From the human T2T-CHM13v2.0 reference genome, Homo sapiens, in the NCBI RefSeq assembly GCF_009914755.1, contig NC_060942.1: a stretch of DNA of 64,000 nucleotides, one strand, 5' to 3'. The position numbers and the translations under genes are program-made. The notes beneath the pieces are model-generated. The model ran no database searches and was not told the DNA's origin. It saw nothing but the letters and a program-made list of their open reading frames with translations. Positions 13,997 to 27,030 of the stretch are shown here, piece by piece (the stretch's first letter is position 1; each line of letters begins with the position of its first letter).

Positions 13997-14845
13997 CTCT
14001 GGCCACCACTCCTAGCCCTAGGCAACCATTAATTTACTTGTTGTTCCTGTAGATTTGCTTGTTCTCCATATTCATTTAAATGCAGTTGCGCTATATGTGG
14101 CCCTTTGTGTCTGGCTTCCTTCACTTAGCGTGTTTCAAAGTTCATCCATGTTGTAGTGTATATCAATATTTCACTCCTTCTTAAAACCAAATAGTATTTT
14201 ATTCCATGGATATACCACATTTTATGTAAGCATGCATCAGTTGATGGACATTCAGGTTGTTTCACCTTTGGGCTATTGGGAATAATGCTGCTGTGAACAT
14301 TTGTTATCAGTTCTCTTGGGTATCATGCTCTCAGACATATACTTAGGAGCAGAATTGCTGGGTAGCATTTGAAGAACTGTGAAATTGTTTTTTAAATTGG
14401 CTGCACCATTTTCCATTTCAAACAGCAGTGTATGATTTCAATTTCTTCATATTCTTGCAAATATTTATGTCTTTAAAAAAATCATAGCCATCCTTGTGGG
14501 TTTCAGGTGGCACCTGTTTGTAGTTTGGATTACCTAATGACTAATGATGTTGAGCATCTTTCCATGTGCCATTTATATGTATGTTTGGGAGAAATGTCTA
14601 TTCAGATCCTTTCCCCATTTTTAATTGAGTTGTTTATCTTTTTATTATTCAGTTATAAGAGGTTTTATATATCTACATACAAATTCCTTATCAGACATAT
14701 GATTCAAAAACATTTACCCCCAATCTGTGAGTTGTTTTCTCATTTTCTTGATGGCATCCTTAACAGCACAAAGATTTAAATTTTGATAAAGTCCAATTTT
14801 CTGTTTTTTCTTTCATCACTTAGATACAACTATTTGGAGTTGTAG

Positions 14846-15221
<376 letters not shown>

Positions 15222-15506
15222 TATAGTTTCAATTCTTACTTACAGGTCTATGAGCTATTTGAGTTAATATTTGTGTATGCTGTAAGAAAGTGGTGAAAAT
15301 TCATTCTTTTGCATATGGATATGCAGTTATTCCAGCACCACTTGTTGACACACTGTTCTTTCCCCATTAAATTGCCTTGGTACCCTTGTTGAAAATTAAT
15401 TAATAAATATAAAGACATTTCTGGACCCTCAGTTCTATTCAGTTGATCTACATGACTATTCTGCTACAAGTATGATACTATTTTGATTACTGTAACTTTT
15501 TAGTAA

Positions 15507-15889
<383 letters not shown>

Positions 15890-16206
15890 AATCCCTTGTA
15901 CTTTCAAATGAATTTGAGAATCAGCTTATCAATTTCAGCCAAAAAAATTCAGCTGGGATATTGATAGGGATTGTGTTGAATCTGTAGACTGGTTTGGGTG
16001 AGGGGTTATTGCTATCTTAACATTATCAGGCTTTGTGATCTGTGAGTGTGGGATGTCTTTCCTTTTATTGAAGTCTTTTAAAATTTCCTTTAATAGTGTT
16101 TGTGGTTTTCAGAGTACAAGTTCTGTTCTTCATTTGTTAAATTTATTCCTAAGTATTTTATTTTGAAGTTGTTTTAAGTAGAATTGTTTTCTTAATTTTA
16201 TTTTTC

Positions 16207-16319
16207 GATTGTTCATTTCTCGCTTGTAGAAATGCAGTTGATTTTGTTTATTGATCTTGTATTGATTGTTCATTTCTCGCTTGTAGAAATGCAGTTGATT
16301 TTGTTTATTGATCTTGTAT
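16207..16319. repeat. Perfect tandem duplication, 57-bp period
   Basis: gattgttcatttctcgcttgtagaaatgcagttgattttgtttattgatcttgtat at 16207 and 16264. Confidence 0.97.
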
Positions 16320-17619
16320 CCTGAGATCTTGATGAACTTGCTTATTAGCTCTAATTGGTTTTTTGGTGGATCCATAGGATTTTCTGTATGCAAAATTGTG
16401 TCATCTTCAAGTAGGTTTTCCAGATTCCTCTTTTTCCAACCCAGGTGAATTTTATTATTTTTCTTGCTAGTTTGCCATGGCTAAAACCTCCAGTACAATG
16501 TTGAATAGAAGCAAAAAGAACAGAACTGCTTGTCTTGTTCCTCATCTTAGGAGGAAAGCTTTCAGTCTTTTAGCATGATGTTGGCTGTGGTGTTTTGTAA
16601 ATGCTTGTTTTTAGGAAGAAAGTTCCTTTTTCTTCCTAGTTTGTTGGATGTTTTTATCAAGAAATGCTGTTGGGTTTTAGCAAATCCTTTTTCTCTATCA
16701 GATTATTATGTGGTTTCCATCCTATATTCTGGCATATTATATTGATTGATTTTGGGATGTTAAAACAACCTAGCAGTCCTGGAACACATCTCACTTAGGC
16801 ATGGTGTATAATCTTTTTTAATATGTTGGCATGTAGTAATGAAACATTATACGAAGTTACTGGGATATATGATGCCTTCAATTCTGAAATCTTAAAATTA
16901 TACAGAATCATGCCCCATTATTTTGATGCCAATTTAAAAACAAAATAATACACTAAAAAAGAGATAAAGCCCTTCTAAACCCATGTGCTGTATATTGGAT
17001 AAATTGAATACAAAATCCAAGACTGTCCTGTATTATTACTTGGGCAATAGAAAATAAGTCAGCAATTTCTTTAAATATTAAAGTTTATAATATGGCCTCC
17101 TAAATTCAAAATTATTCTTATTTTTTAAAATAGTATTTTCCTTATTAATTTGTGTAGTCACACATTGCTTACCACTCCCAAATTTAGATTTTTTAATGAA
17201 GATTTATTAAATAGTGTGATTGAAATAAGAATAACAGTGACAAAGCACAAATTAGAATTGTTTTCGGAATTATGTTCTGCTGAATAAAGACAGATTCATG
17301 TGCTTTGGTTGAGAGATGTGTGGGACTCAGAATTGACCTTTCATTTTAAACATGTGGGAACACAATTTGGACTTTTCTCTAAAGGAATATCATTCTTCTT
17401 AAGATAGAGTCGACTTCTAAAAGTTATTTATATGTAGTGGCTACCTTAGTTTTCTCTGATAAGAATGTTGAATCTGTTTTTCCACTTGAAAAATTATTCC
17501 ATTAAAGCCTATTCTTACCTTTCAAGGAAAACAAAACTGACTTTGACCTGAAACATGTTAAGAGAAATTTTCTGCTTCTATCACAGGAATTACTTGGCTT
17601 TTTTTGGACCTATAATCTC

Positions 17620-17760
17620 ATTTGTATAAGAAGAAAATAATAATGTTTTTCTCACTGAGTAAATATAGGGATTACATTAGTTAATGTACATATAGAATTT
17701 ATCACAATGCTTACCACATTCTAAGAATTTAATTAATGTTAACTATTATTATTATTATTA
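17620..17760 (+). mobile_element. MIR fragment
   Basis: ctcatttgtataa...ggattacattagttaatgtacatatag...cacaatgctt...attattattatta. Confidence 0.55.
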
Positions 17761-19099
17761 GGCACTACATTGTGATAGACTTGCTAGAATTAGTTAGCTG
17801 CTAATGGTAAACCTCTAAATAGCTAAAATGATTGATATGCTAGATGGGGAAGTTTAATTGTATGTCCATCGTTAAATTCCAAAAATGTTTGCAAAATATA
17901 TTGGTTCTCAGCGTTAGAGTAAGCAGTACCAGGCTGTTCTTTTTGGCAGCAATTTGCTTCCTTGTTTGTGATGATATGTTACACAAATAGAGAGAAATAT
18001 TAACTATTTTTATTCTGGTGGTTGGGCATGCATCCCGTACATTTCAACCTATGCCATTACATTAAAATGTAAGTTAAAGCAAAAGGGGGTTAGGACATAG
18101 TCCTCTTGTTCCACTTCAGTTTGCACTTTGATCTCACAAATTACTCTTCTCTGATTTTGTTGCTAGTATTTGTATGCAGACTCTGAAGAATCAATAATAA
18201 TGAAACATCTACAAAACGATTTGTATCTTGGTCAATGATAATTCTTGGCTTTGGGATCAAAGGCTTATTTGAGATCAATTAATACACGAAAACCTCTATT
18301 CTTTCTTAGTAAGAAGAAACAGAATATGGAAGCGATGAGAGGATAGGAGGGTTGTACTAAGAACATGTTTGTTATTCATGGAAGATATTTAGTTTTTAAA
18401 TCTCCTACAGGTTTTAGAAGAAAGCTGGCATAGCATTTTGAAAGGGTATCCAGGAGACAAGTGGGCCTGTAAATTTGGAGAGAGAGAGAGAATGTTTCTT
18501 TTTGAATATGAGATAGATTGAAATTTCTGTTCTAAAGGTGGTATACACCTGATGTTACAATTAAAGTAGTATGGCAAGATTCAGAGCATACAGCTCAGCA
18601 TGGGATCTACACTTTTCTGGCCATAGAGCTCTTTTTCTTGGGCTCTTTTCCAGGTTCCAGTGATAGATCAGTTATTTTAAATAGTAAGGAACATTTTTGT
18701 GGGCTAAGTATGAGGCACAGAGAACACCTTGGCTTCATCAACTTGTTTATTCTTTATATCAACACTGCGAAATAGGTACTTTTAAAAAATCTCTATTTTA
18801 CAAATAAAAAAATTTTGTGAAGATTTAGGTTTAAGAATTTTTGCATATATTCGGAGATAATAGAGGACTGAAGGAAGTACTGATGCTTGAACACAAATGT
18901 GCTGAAATCCAAATCTTAAAATAGTATCAGCCTAAGCTGCTTGCCACCTGAAAATGGTTGTAGGATTTATAGCACTAAACAAGGGGAATCTAGGCATCTT
19001 AAAAGCTTGGAAGATTATATAAGCCTTTAATATTTACTGAAAAAATTTACACCATTAGCAGAAAGTTTGACTTTCATGTTCTTGGAGAAATCTGATCTC

Positions 19100-19395
19100 A
19101 CAGTCATTTTGTTAAGTGAAATAACTTAGAAACAGAAAAACAAAAACTACACGTTTTCACTTACAAGTGGGAGCTAAACAGTGTGTATATATGGACATAA
19201 AAGAATAATAGACATTGGAGACCCTGAAAGGTGGGACGGGGAAAGAGGTGAGTGATGAGAAATTACCTATGGTGAATAATGTACACAATTCAGGTGATGG
19301 GTACACTAAAAATCCAGACTTCATTGCTATGCAGTATATCCAAGGAACAAAACTGCACTTGGATCCCTTAAATCCATTAAGATACAAAACTTTAA
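19100..19395 (+). mobile_element. L1 (L1MA/PB-like) 3' end
   Basis: aagtgaaataac...tcacttacaagtgggagctaaac...ggtgatgggtacactaaaaatccagacttc. Confidence 0.85.
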
Positions 19396-19574
19396 AAGAA
19401 AGTGATATTCCAAAACTGGGCGTACCATAGATGAACACACCTTTAGCAGAACCAGCGACAATTCTCATATTCACATTATTTTTTTAACTCTTATAACGTT
19501 TGCTGATAGAGTGTATGCATTTTATAACTTTCTCAAGAAAGATTATAGAAGTTAGTACTTATTGTATTTTTTAA

Positions 19575-19735
19575 AATAAACAGCAGAAATATACTTCTTA
19601 CAGTTCTGGAGCCTGGAAGTCTGAGATCAGGGTGCCAACACGGTCAGGTTATGGTGAGGACCCTCTTCTGGGTTGCAGACTTCCATCTTTTTTGTTGTGT
19701 CCTCACATGGCAGACAGAGGGGGAAAGAGCTGAGT
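19575..19735 (-). mobile_element. MLT1A/MST-type MaLR LTR fragment
   Basis: cttacagttctggagcctggaagtctgagatcagggtgcca...tgtcctcacatggcaga. Confidence 0.7.
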
Positions 19736-19769
19736 CCTTTTCTTTTTTTAAAAAAATGTTATTTTATTT

Positions 19770-20245
19770 TAAATAATAAAAACAAAAAATAAATCGACAC
19801 ATAATTGTACATACCTATGAGGTATAGAGTGATATTTTGAAACATGTATACAATGTATAATGATCAAGTCAGGATTAATTAGCTTATCACCTCAAACATT
19901 TATCATTTTTTTGTGCTGGGAACATTCCATATCCTCTCTTCTATTAATAGGTATTTGCAAATATACCAGAAATTATTGTTAATTATAGTCACCCTACAGT
20001 ACTGTAAAACACTGTAACTTTATTAATACTTATATCTAACTGTAATTTTGTTTTCATTAGCCAACATGTTGTCCCTCTACGCCCTACCTTTCCTATCCCT
20101 TAGTAACCACTCTTGACTTCTGAGATCAACTTTATGATCTCTCTTACATGAGTGAGAATGTGGTATTTGTCCTTCTGTGCCTGGCTTTTATCACTTAACA
20201 TCATGTATGTACTCTAGGCACATCCATGCTGCAGCAAATGACAAG
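19770..20245 (-). mobile_element. L1MA-like 3' end
   Basis: acataattgtacatacctatg...acatgagtgagaatgtggtatttgtccttctgtgcctggct. Confidence 0.8.
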
Positions 20246-20357
20246 GTACTTTTGAAAAGGTGGTGAAAAAGCTCCTTCATACCCTGATGGTAAAAATGTG
20301 AATTGTTATAAGCTTTTATGGAAAGCAGTTTGACAATTTATGTCAAATGTCTTTTAA

Positions 20358-20730
<373 letters not shown>

Positions 20731-21203
20731 TTAATACATGTATACAATTTGTAAAAATGGAAGCAGTGTAACTGGGATATCCATCACCTTAACTATTGTC
20801 TTTATGCTAGAAAAATTTGAATTGTTACTATCTTCTAGATATTTTGAAATATACAGTAGATTTTGCAAACTGTGGTCACCCTGTTGATCTTCAGGCACTT
20901 AAGTTTTATTTCTAATAAGTGTATATTTGTACCCATTAATCAACTGCTCTTAATTCTGCACCCCCACTCCCCCTATCCATCCCAGCCTTTGGTAACCATT
21001 AATCTACTCTCTATCTTCATGAGATCCACTATTTTAGCTCCAACATAAGAGTGAGAATATGTTCTATTTGTTTTTCTGTGCTTGGCTTATTTCACTTAAC
21101 ATAAGGCCTTCCAGTACCATCCTTGTTGCTGCAAATGACAGGATTTCATGCTTTTTTGTGGCTGAATAATATTCCATAATGTAATATGAGATATTGTGTT
21201 CTT

Positions 21204-21204
<1 letters not shown>

Positions 21205-21245
<41 letters not shown>
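21205..21245. repeat. (TG)n microsatellite
   Basis: Read directly from the sequence. Confidence 0.95.
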
Positions 21246-21247
<2 letters not shown>

Positions 21248-24200
21248 TACATTTTCTTTATTTACTTATTTATTGATGGACACTTAGGATGACTCCATAT
21301 TTTGGCAATTATGAATAGTGCTGCAATAAACATAGGAGTGCAGATATCTTTTTGATATATTGATTTCCTTTCTTTTGGATATATACCAAGTAGTGGAATT
21401 GCTGGATCTTATGGTAGTTCTATGTTTAGTTTTTTTGAGAAACCTCAATGCAGTTTTTCATAGGGGCTGTACTAATTTATATTCCCACCAACACTGTACA
21501 AGGGTTCCCCTTTCTCCACATGCTCACCAGTATCCGTTACTCCCTGTCATTTTGATAAAAGCCATCATAAGTGGAGTAATGTGATAGCTCATTTTTGTTT
21601 TGACTTGCATTTCTCTGATGATTAGTGAGGTTGAACATTTTTTTTCCTGTACCTGTTGGCAATTTTCATGTCTTATGAGAAAATTAATTAGAGGCTCTTA
21701 CTTAACAACAGAATGGGTCAAGCAGAGGAAAGAATCAGTGAATCTGAAGACAGCTACTTGAATGTCCAGTTTTAAATTGGACTATTTGTATTTTTGCTTG
21801 AGTTATTTGAGCTTCTTGTATATTCTGATGATTAGTCCTCTGTCAAATGGATAGTTTGCAAGTATTTTCTCCCATTCCATGGGCTCCCTTCACTTTGTTG
21901 ATTGTTTCCTTTGCTGTGTAGAAGCTTTTTAGCTTAATGTAGTCCCATTTGTCTGTTTTTGTTTTGGTTGCTCTTGAGGTCTTACACAAAAATTCTTTGC
22001 CCAGACCAATGTTCTGGAATGTTTCACCAGTGTTTTCTTTTAGTAGTTTCATAGCTTCAGGTCCTAGATTTAAATCTTTGGGTCTATTTTGATTTGACTT
22101 CTGTAGATGTCGAAACAGAGGAGGCTAGTTTCCTTTTTCTGCATATTGTTCTCCTGTTTTCCCAGCAGCAGTTATTGAAGAGACTGTCCTTTCTTCGTTG
22201 TATACTCTTAGCACCTTTGTCAAAGACAAGTTGGCTACAAATGCGTAGATTTATTACTGGGTTCTCTGTTCTGTTGCATTGATCTATGTGTCTGTTTTTA
22301 TGCTGGTACCATGCTGTTTTGGTTACTAAAGCTTTATACTACATTTTGAAATCAAGTAGTATATGATGCCTCCAGCTTTTTTCTTTTTGCTCAGGCTTGC
22401 TTTGGCTATTTGGAATATTTTCTGGTTCCATATAAATTTTAGCATTATATTTTCTATTTCTGTTAAGAATGGCATTGATATTTTGATAGGGATTCCATTG
22501 AATTTGTAATTTTTAAGTAGTATTGTCATTTTAAAAATTATTGAAACAAATCATAACAGAAATACAACATACCTAAACCTATGGGATTTTCCTCTTAATT
22601 TCTTCGATTGGTTGTTCACTAGCATGTTTTTAAATTTCCACGTGTTTGCGTATTTACTGAGGTTCCTTTTGTTACTGATTTCTAGTTTTATTCCATTGAG
22701 GTCAGAAAAGATACTTCATATTATTTCTACTTTTTTAAATTTGTTGAGACCTGTTTTCTGGCCTAAGATATGTTCTGTTCTGGATAATTTTGTATGTACT
22801 AATGAAAAGAAAGTGTATTCCATAGCATTTGGGTGAAATGTTCTATAGACGTCAGTTATGACTATTAGGTGTAGCGTGTAGTTTAACTTTAATGTTTCTT
22901 TGTTGACTTTCTGTCTGAATGATTGGTCTGTTGATGTTCCCTGCTATGACTGTATTACAGTTTATCTCTCTCTTTAGATCTATGTTTGCTTTATATACTT
23001 GGGAGCTCTGGTGTTGGGTGTATAATATTTATAATTGTTTTATCCTCTTAACCAATCCCTTTATCATTATATAATTACCATTTTTGTTTTTACAGTCTTT
23101 GATTTGCACCCTATTTTATCTGAAATAAACATAGATACTCCTCCTCTTTTTTTGTTTTCCAGTTAGATGGAGTATCTTTTTCTACCCACTTCACTTTGTC
23201 TTACCTATGTGAGTGCCTTTATAGTTGAGGTGGATTTCTTGTAGGAAGAATTTAATTGTGTCTTGGTTTTTTATATGTTCAGCCTCTCTATGCCTTTTAA
23301 TTGGATAATTTGCTCCATTTACATTCAATGTCATTATTAAGTAAAGACTTACTACTGCCATTTTGTTGCTTAATTTCTGGTTGTTTTGTAGCTCTTCTCT
23401 TTCTTCCTTTCTTACTACTTTGTAGTTAAATGATTTTCTCTGGTCACGTGTTTTAATTTGTTGTTTTTCATATGTAATGAATCTATTATAGGTTTTTGCA
23501 TTGTTGTTACAATTAGGCTTATAAAACATATCTTATAGATATAAGTTATCTTAAAGAGATGACAACTTATCTTTGATGACAAATAAAAGGACAGAAAAAT
23601 GAAAAAAATGCTTTTATGCTTTAACTCCATCCCCCTCACATTTTGAATTTATGTTGTTTCAGTTTGCGTGTTTTTATACGGCCTATCTCTTAACAGGTTA
23701 CCATACCTATTACTGTTTTTGATAGATTTGTCTTTTGGGCTTCACAATACTTACGAATAGATTGCACACCACAGCTGCAGTGTTAGAATATTCTGGATTT
23801 GTCTGTATATTAATATTATCCGTGGGTTTTATATACTTTTACATGTTTTCTTGTTGCACATTAGTGTTTTTTTCCTTTCAGATTGAAGAATTCCCTTTAG
23901 CCTTTCTTGTAAGATAGATCTAATAGTGATGAATTTTCTCAACTTTTGTTTGTCTGGGAAAGACTTTATCTGACCTTTATTTTTCTGTGGATAGCTTTAG
24001 TGGCTGCAGTATTCTTGGATGGCAATTTAAAAAAAATTTCCACACTTTGAAAATGTCTTCTTATACACTCCTGTTTTCATTGAGTTCTGTTGCCATATGA
24101 ACCCTGATTCCTTTATATGTTATTTGCTTCTTTTCTCTTGCTACTTTTAGGATACTCTCTTTGTCTTTGACCTTTGAGAGTCTAATCATTATATCTTTTG

Positions 24201-24523
24201 GGGTAGCCTTATTTGAGTTGAATCTGTTTGGTGTTCTCTGAACTTTCTGTCCCTGGATATTTATCTCTTTCATGTTTTGGAAAGTTTTCTGTAATAGGTA
24301 AGCTTTTTGCCCCTTGCTGTTGCTCAACTACCTCTTGAGCACCAATAATTCTTAAATTTGATATTTTGAGGTATTTTTCAGTATTTTGTAGATAATCTTT
24401 TTCCTTTTCATTTTTTTCTTTTTGCCTCTCTGGCTGTAAATTTTCAAATAGCTGTCTTCAAATTCACTGATTGTTTCCTCTGCTTGACCCATTCTGTTGT
24501 TAAGAGCCTCTAATGAATTTTTT

Positions 24524-24814
24524 TTTTTTTTTTGAGACAGAGTCTTGCTCTGTCGCCCAGGCTGGAGTGCAGTGGCGCAACCTTGGCTCACTGCAAGCTT
24601 TGCCTCCCGGGTACATGCCATTCTCCTGCCTCAGCCTCCTGAGTAGCCGGGACTACAGGCGCCTGCCACCACGCCCATCTAATTTTTTGTATTTTTAATA
24701 GAGACAGGGTTTCACTGTGTTAGCCAGGATGGTCTCTAACTCCTGGCCTCATGATCTGCCCTCCTCGGCCTCTCAAAGTGCTGGGATTACAGGCGTGAGC
24801 CACTGCACCCAGCC
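24524..24814 (-). mobile_element. AluY inserted in L1 ORF1 remnant
   Basis: TSD tctaatgaatttttt at 24509-24523 and 24815-24829. Confidence 0.95.
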
Positions 24815-26049
24815 TCTAATGAATTTTTTAATTCAGCAAATGTATTTCTTAGTTTCAAGATTTCTGTTTTTTTTGTTTGTTTGTTTCTCTGATAAGTTTC
24901 TGAATTGCTTTTCTGTGGCTTCTTAGAGATCAGTGAATTTCCTTAAAATGGCTATTTTGAGTTTTTGGTTATAAAGTTTACATATCACCATCTTGTTCAA
25001 GTCAGTCACTGGTTCCTTGCTTTGTCCATTTGTAGAAGCTGTGGTTCCTCATTTGTTTTTGTTTCTTGTGGATGTATGTCTATGTCTTTGCATTGAAGGG
25101 TTGGTTATTTATTCCAGTCTTCCCAGTCTGGCTTGTTTTGTTTTTTATTGGACATTTTTGCTTAGAGCTTCTTTGTAATTTACCTGTTGATTTCCCTTTT
25201 TTTCCTCTGCTAGGTTACTGCCTAATTTTTGGCACTAGATGACACCTTAAGCCAAAGTTTGCCTCAGTTATGGTAAACAATGAGAGTGCTACTTTCCCTG
25301 AATTTGGGAGGTCCCAAAAGGGATATACCAGTAGTGTGGGAAGGCTGGCTAAGGGTTTGTGCAGAAAGGATGAACAATTCTCCTACAGTGAGGTGCTGCT
25401 TAACAGCCACTCTGATTTGGCATCCCTTTGGCCAAGTTACAGAGAAAGTTTCTAATGCTGGGGTGGCAGTCCTGCTGCCCCGTACCTTTTTCTCTGTCCT
25501 TAGGGATATTTCTCCCTTCAGGCACTTTCGATGTTTCCATTGGGTTGGGGAAGGGACAGATTTCCTGCCAGGCAATCCACAATAGTGGGGAAATTGTTTA
25601 CCCACTTTGACCTCATTTTTTCCAATGTAGAAATTATGAGTCAGAGGAAATTTTCCGGTTACTTTCTGCTGGGCAGATTGGGGGTTGGGGTTTCACAGAT
25701 ATTGAAGTCTGGTTTTCTTCCCTCTGCTCAGAAATTTTTCATGTCTCTGGCCCCTGGAATAGTCTCATCCTCATATTTGAGTTCTTGGGTATTGCTGGTG
25801 ATAATCTCTGTGCTGTATATTTATTTATTTTTTGTGGGAGTGAGTGAAGCCAACTTGCTTCTATGCCACCATTTCAGAACTGGCAAAAATGCATGTATTT
25901 TTTAATTAGTAATTTCTAATAGTTTAACTTATGAAAAAAAAGGTTTTAATTATGAAAACTTTTATCTTAGCATTATATGTAGTGGAAACAAACCTCAGTG
26001 TTCAATAATGGGGGATGTTTCCGTAAACTTGTTTATGTATGATATGTAT

Positions 26050-26172
26050 TAGGGTTTCTTAACCTTGATGCTATTGAGATTTTGGCACCCGCTAATTTTT
26101 TGTTGTGGGGGCTATCCTGCACATTTTAGCAGTGTCTCTAGCCTCTGCTTTCTGGGTGCCAATAGCACTGCC
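26050..26172 (+). mobile_element. MER20 (hAT-Charlie) fragment
   Basis: gggtttcttaaccttgatgctattgagattttgg...tttgttgtgggggctatcctg...gccaatagcac. Confidence 0.7.
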
Positions 26173-26569
26173 TTTTAGTAGCATAATTCTGCTGCGAGAC
26201 ACCAGGAGTCATTACTGAAAATATTTAACAACCCTTCAGCACAGGCTCAGAACTGACCAGCTTAACTGAGCGGGGTAAAATTTAGAATAGTGGCCGCAAG
26301 TGCAATACCCCTTTAACCCAAGTTATCCTGAGAAATGGCTACATACCCAGACACCTTGTGTTAGAGACCTAGCTTGCTGTAGTAACCTGTAGCTGGGGGA
26401 GAGCAGGATTAGGTGTCTGGGAAATCCACTGGAGAGACCAGCACCAGGGAGAGAACCTGTTGTTCTGAGTGTGCCAGATAACTTCAGCCTTTAACACTCC
26501 ACAGGGAGATGGAAGGCGGCGGGGGTTGGTCAACATGTGGAATGAGGCTTCAAGGCATTGTCCTGAGAT

Positions 26570-27030
26570 ATTATTGGAAGGAAAACTTTTCCTTTTCTGA
26601 TTTGGGTCCAGTGGTTGGGGACCTGCAGATTAACTGACAAGAGACAGATTAATTGAAGAAAAGACAAAGTTTATTTTCACAGGACAGAGTTCCCAGCAAT
26701 GGAAAACCCACTAAATACCCAGAGATAAAGGTTTATATTCCAAATTTAACAAAAGATTGGGGAGTGGTTTTAGGGCTTCAGTGGGAAAATGTAGAAAGTT
26801 CTATCAGGCTTTTTGATGGTAATGGCAACAGGCAGTTTGTCTACCTGGGAGCTGAATTAGACAACTCCCTTACAGGGGAGTTAATGGCAACTATTTTTTC
26901 TGGGAAAGCTCTGTTTTAGTCAACTACTTGAAGTTCAGATAAGATTTCTTTCTGCATCTTCTTTTGCTCAAATGTTTTCGCTTTAAAATAATCTGTATAC
27001 CAACTCTGGGGATCTGAATGGGTCCCCGTA
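26570..27030 (-). mobile_element. ERV1 LTR of the MER34/MER39 group (subfamily uncertain)
   Basis: ctgcagattaactgacaagagacagattaa...; shares the 'agacagattaa' block with the LTR at ~45.1 kb. Confidence 0.5.

Noticed and set aside
21843-24327. Minus-strand ORFs resembling L1 ORF2 and ORF1 proteins
   Set aside because: Fragmented, frameshifted remnants of a dead L1; not a functional retroelement or a novel RT system.
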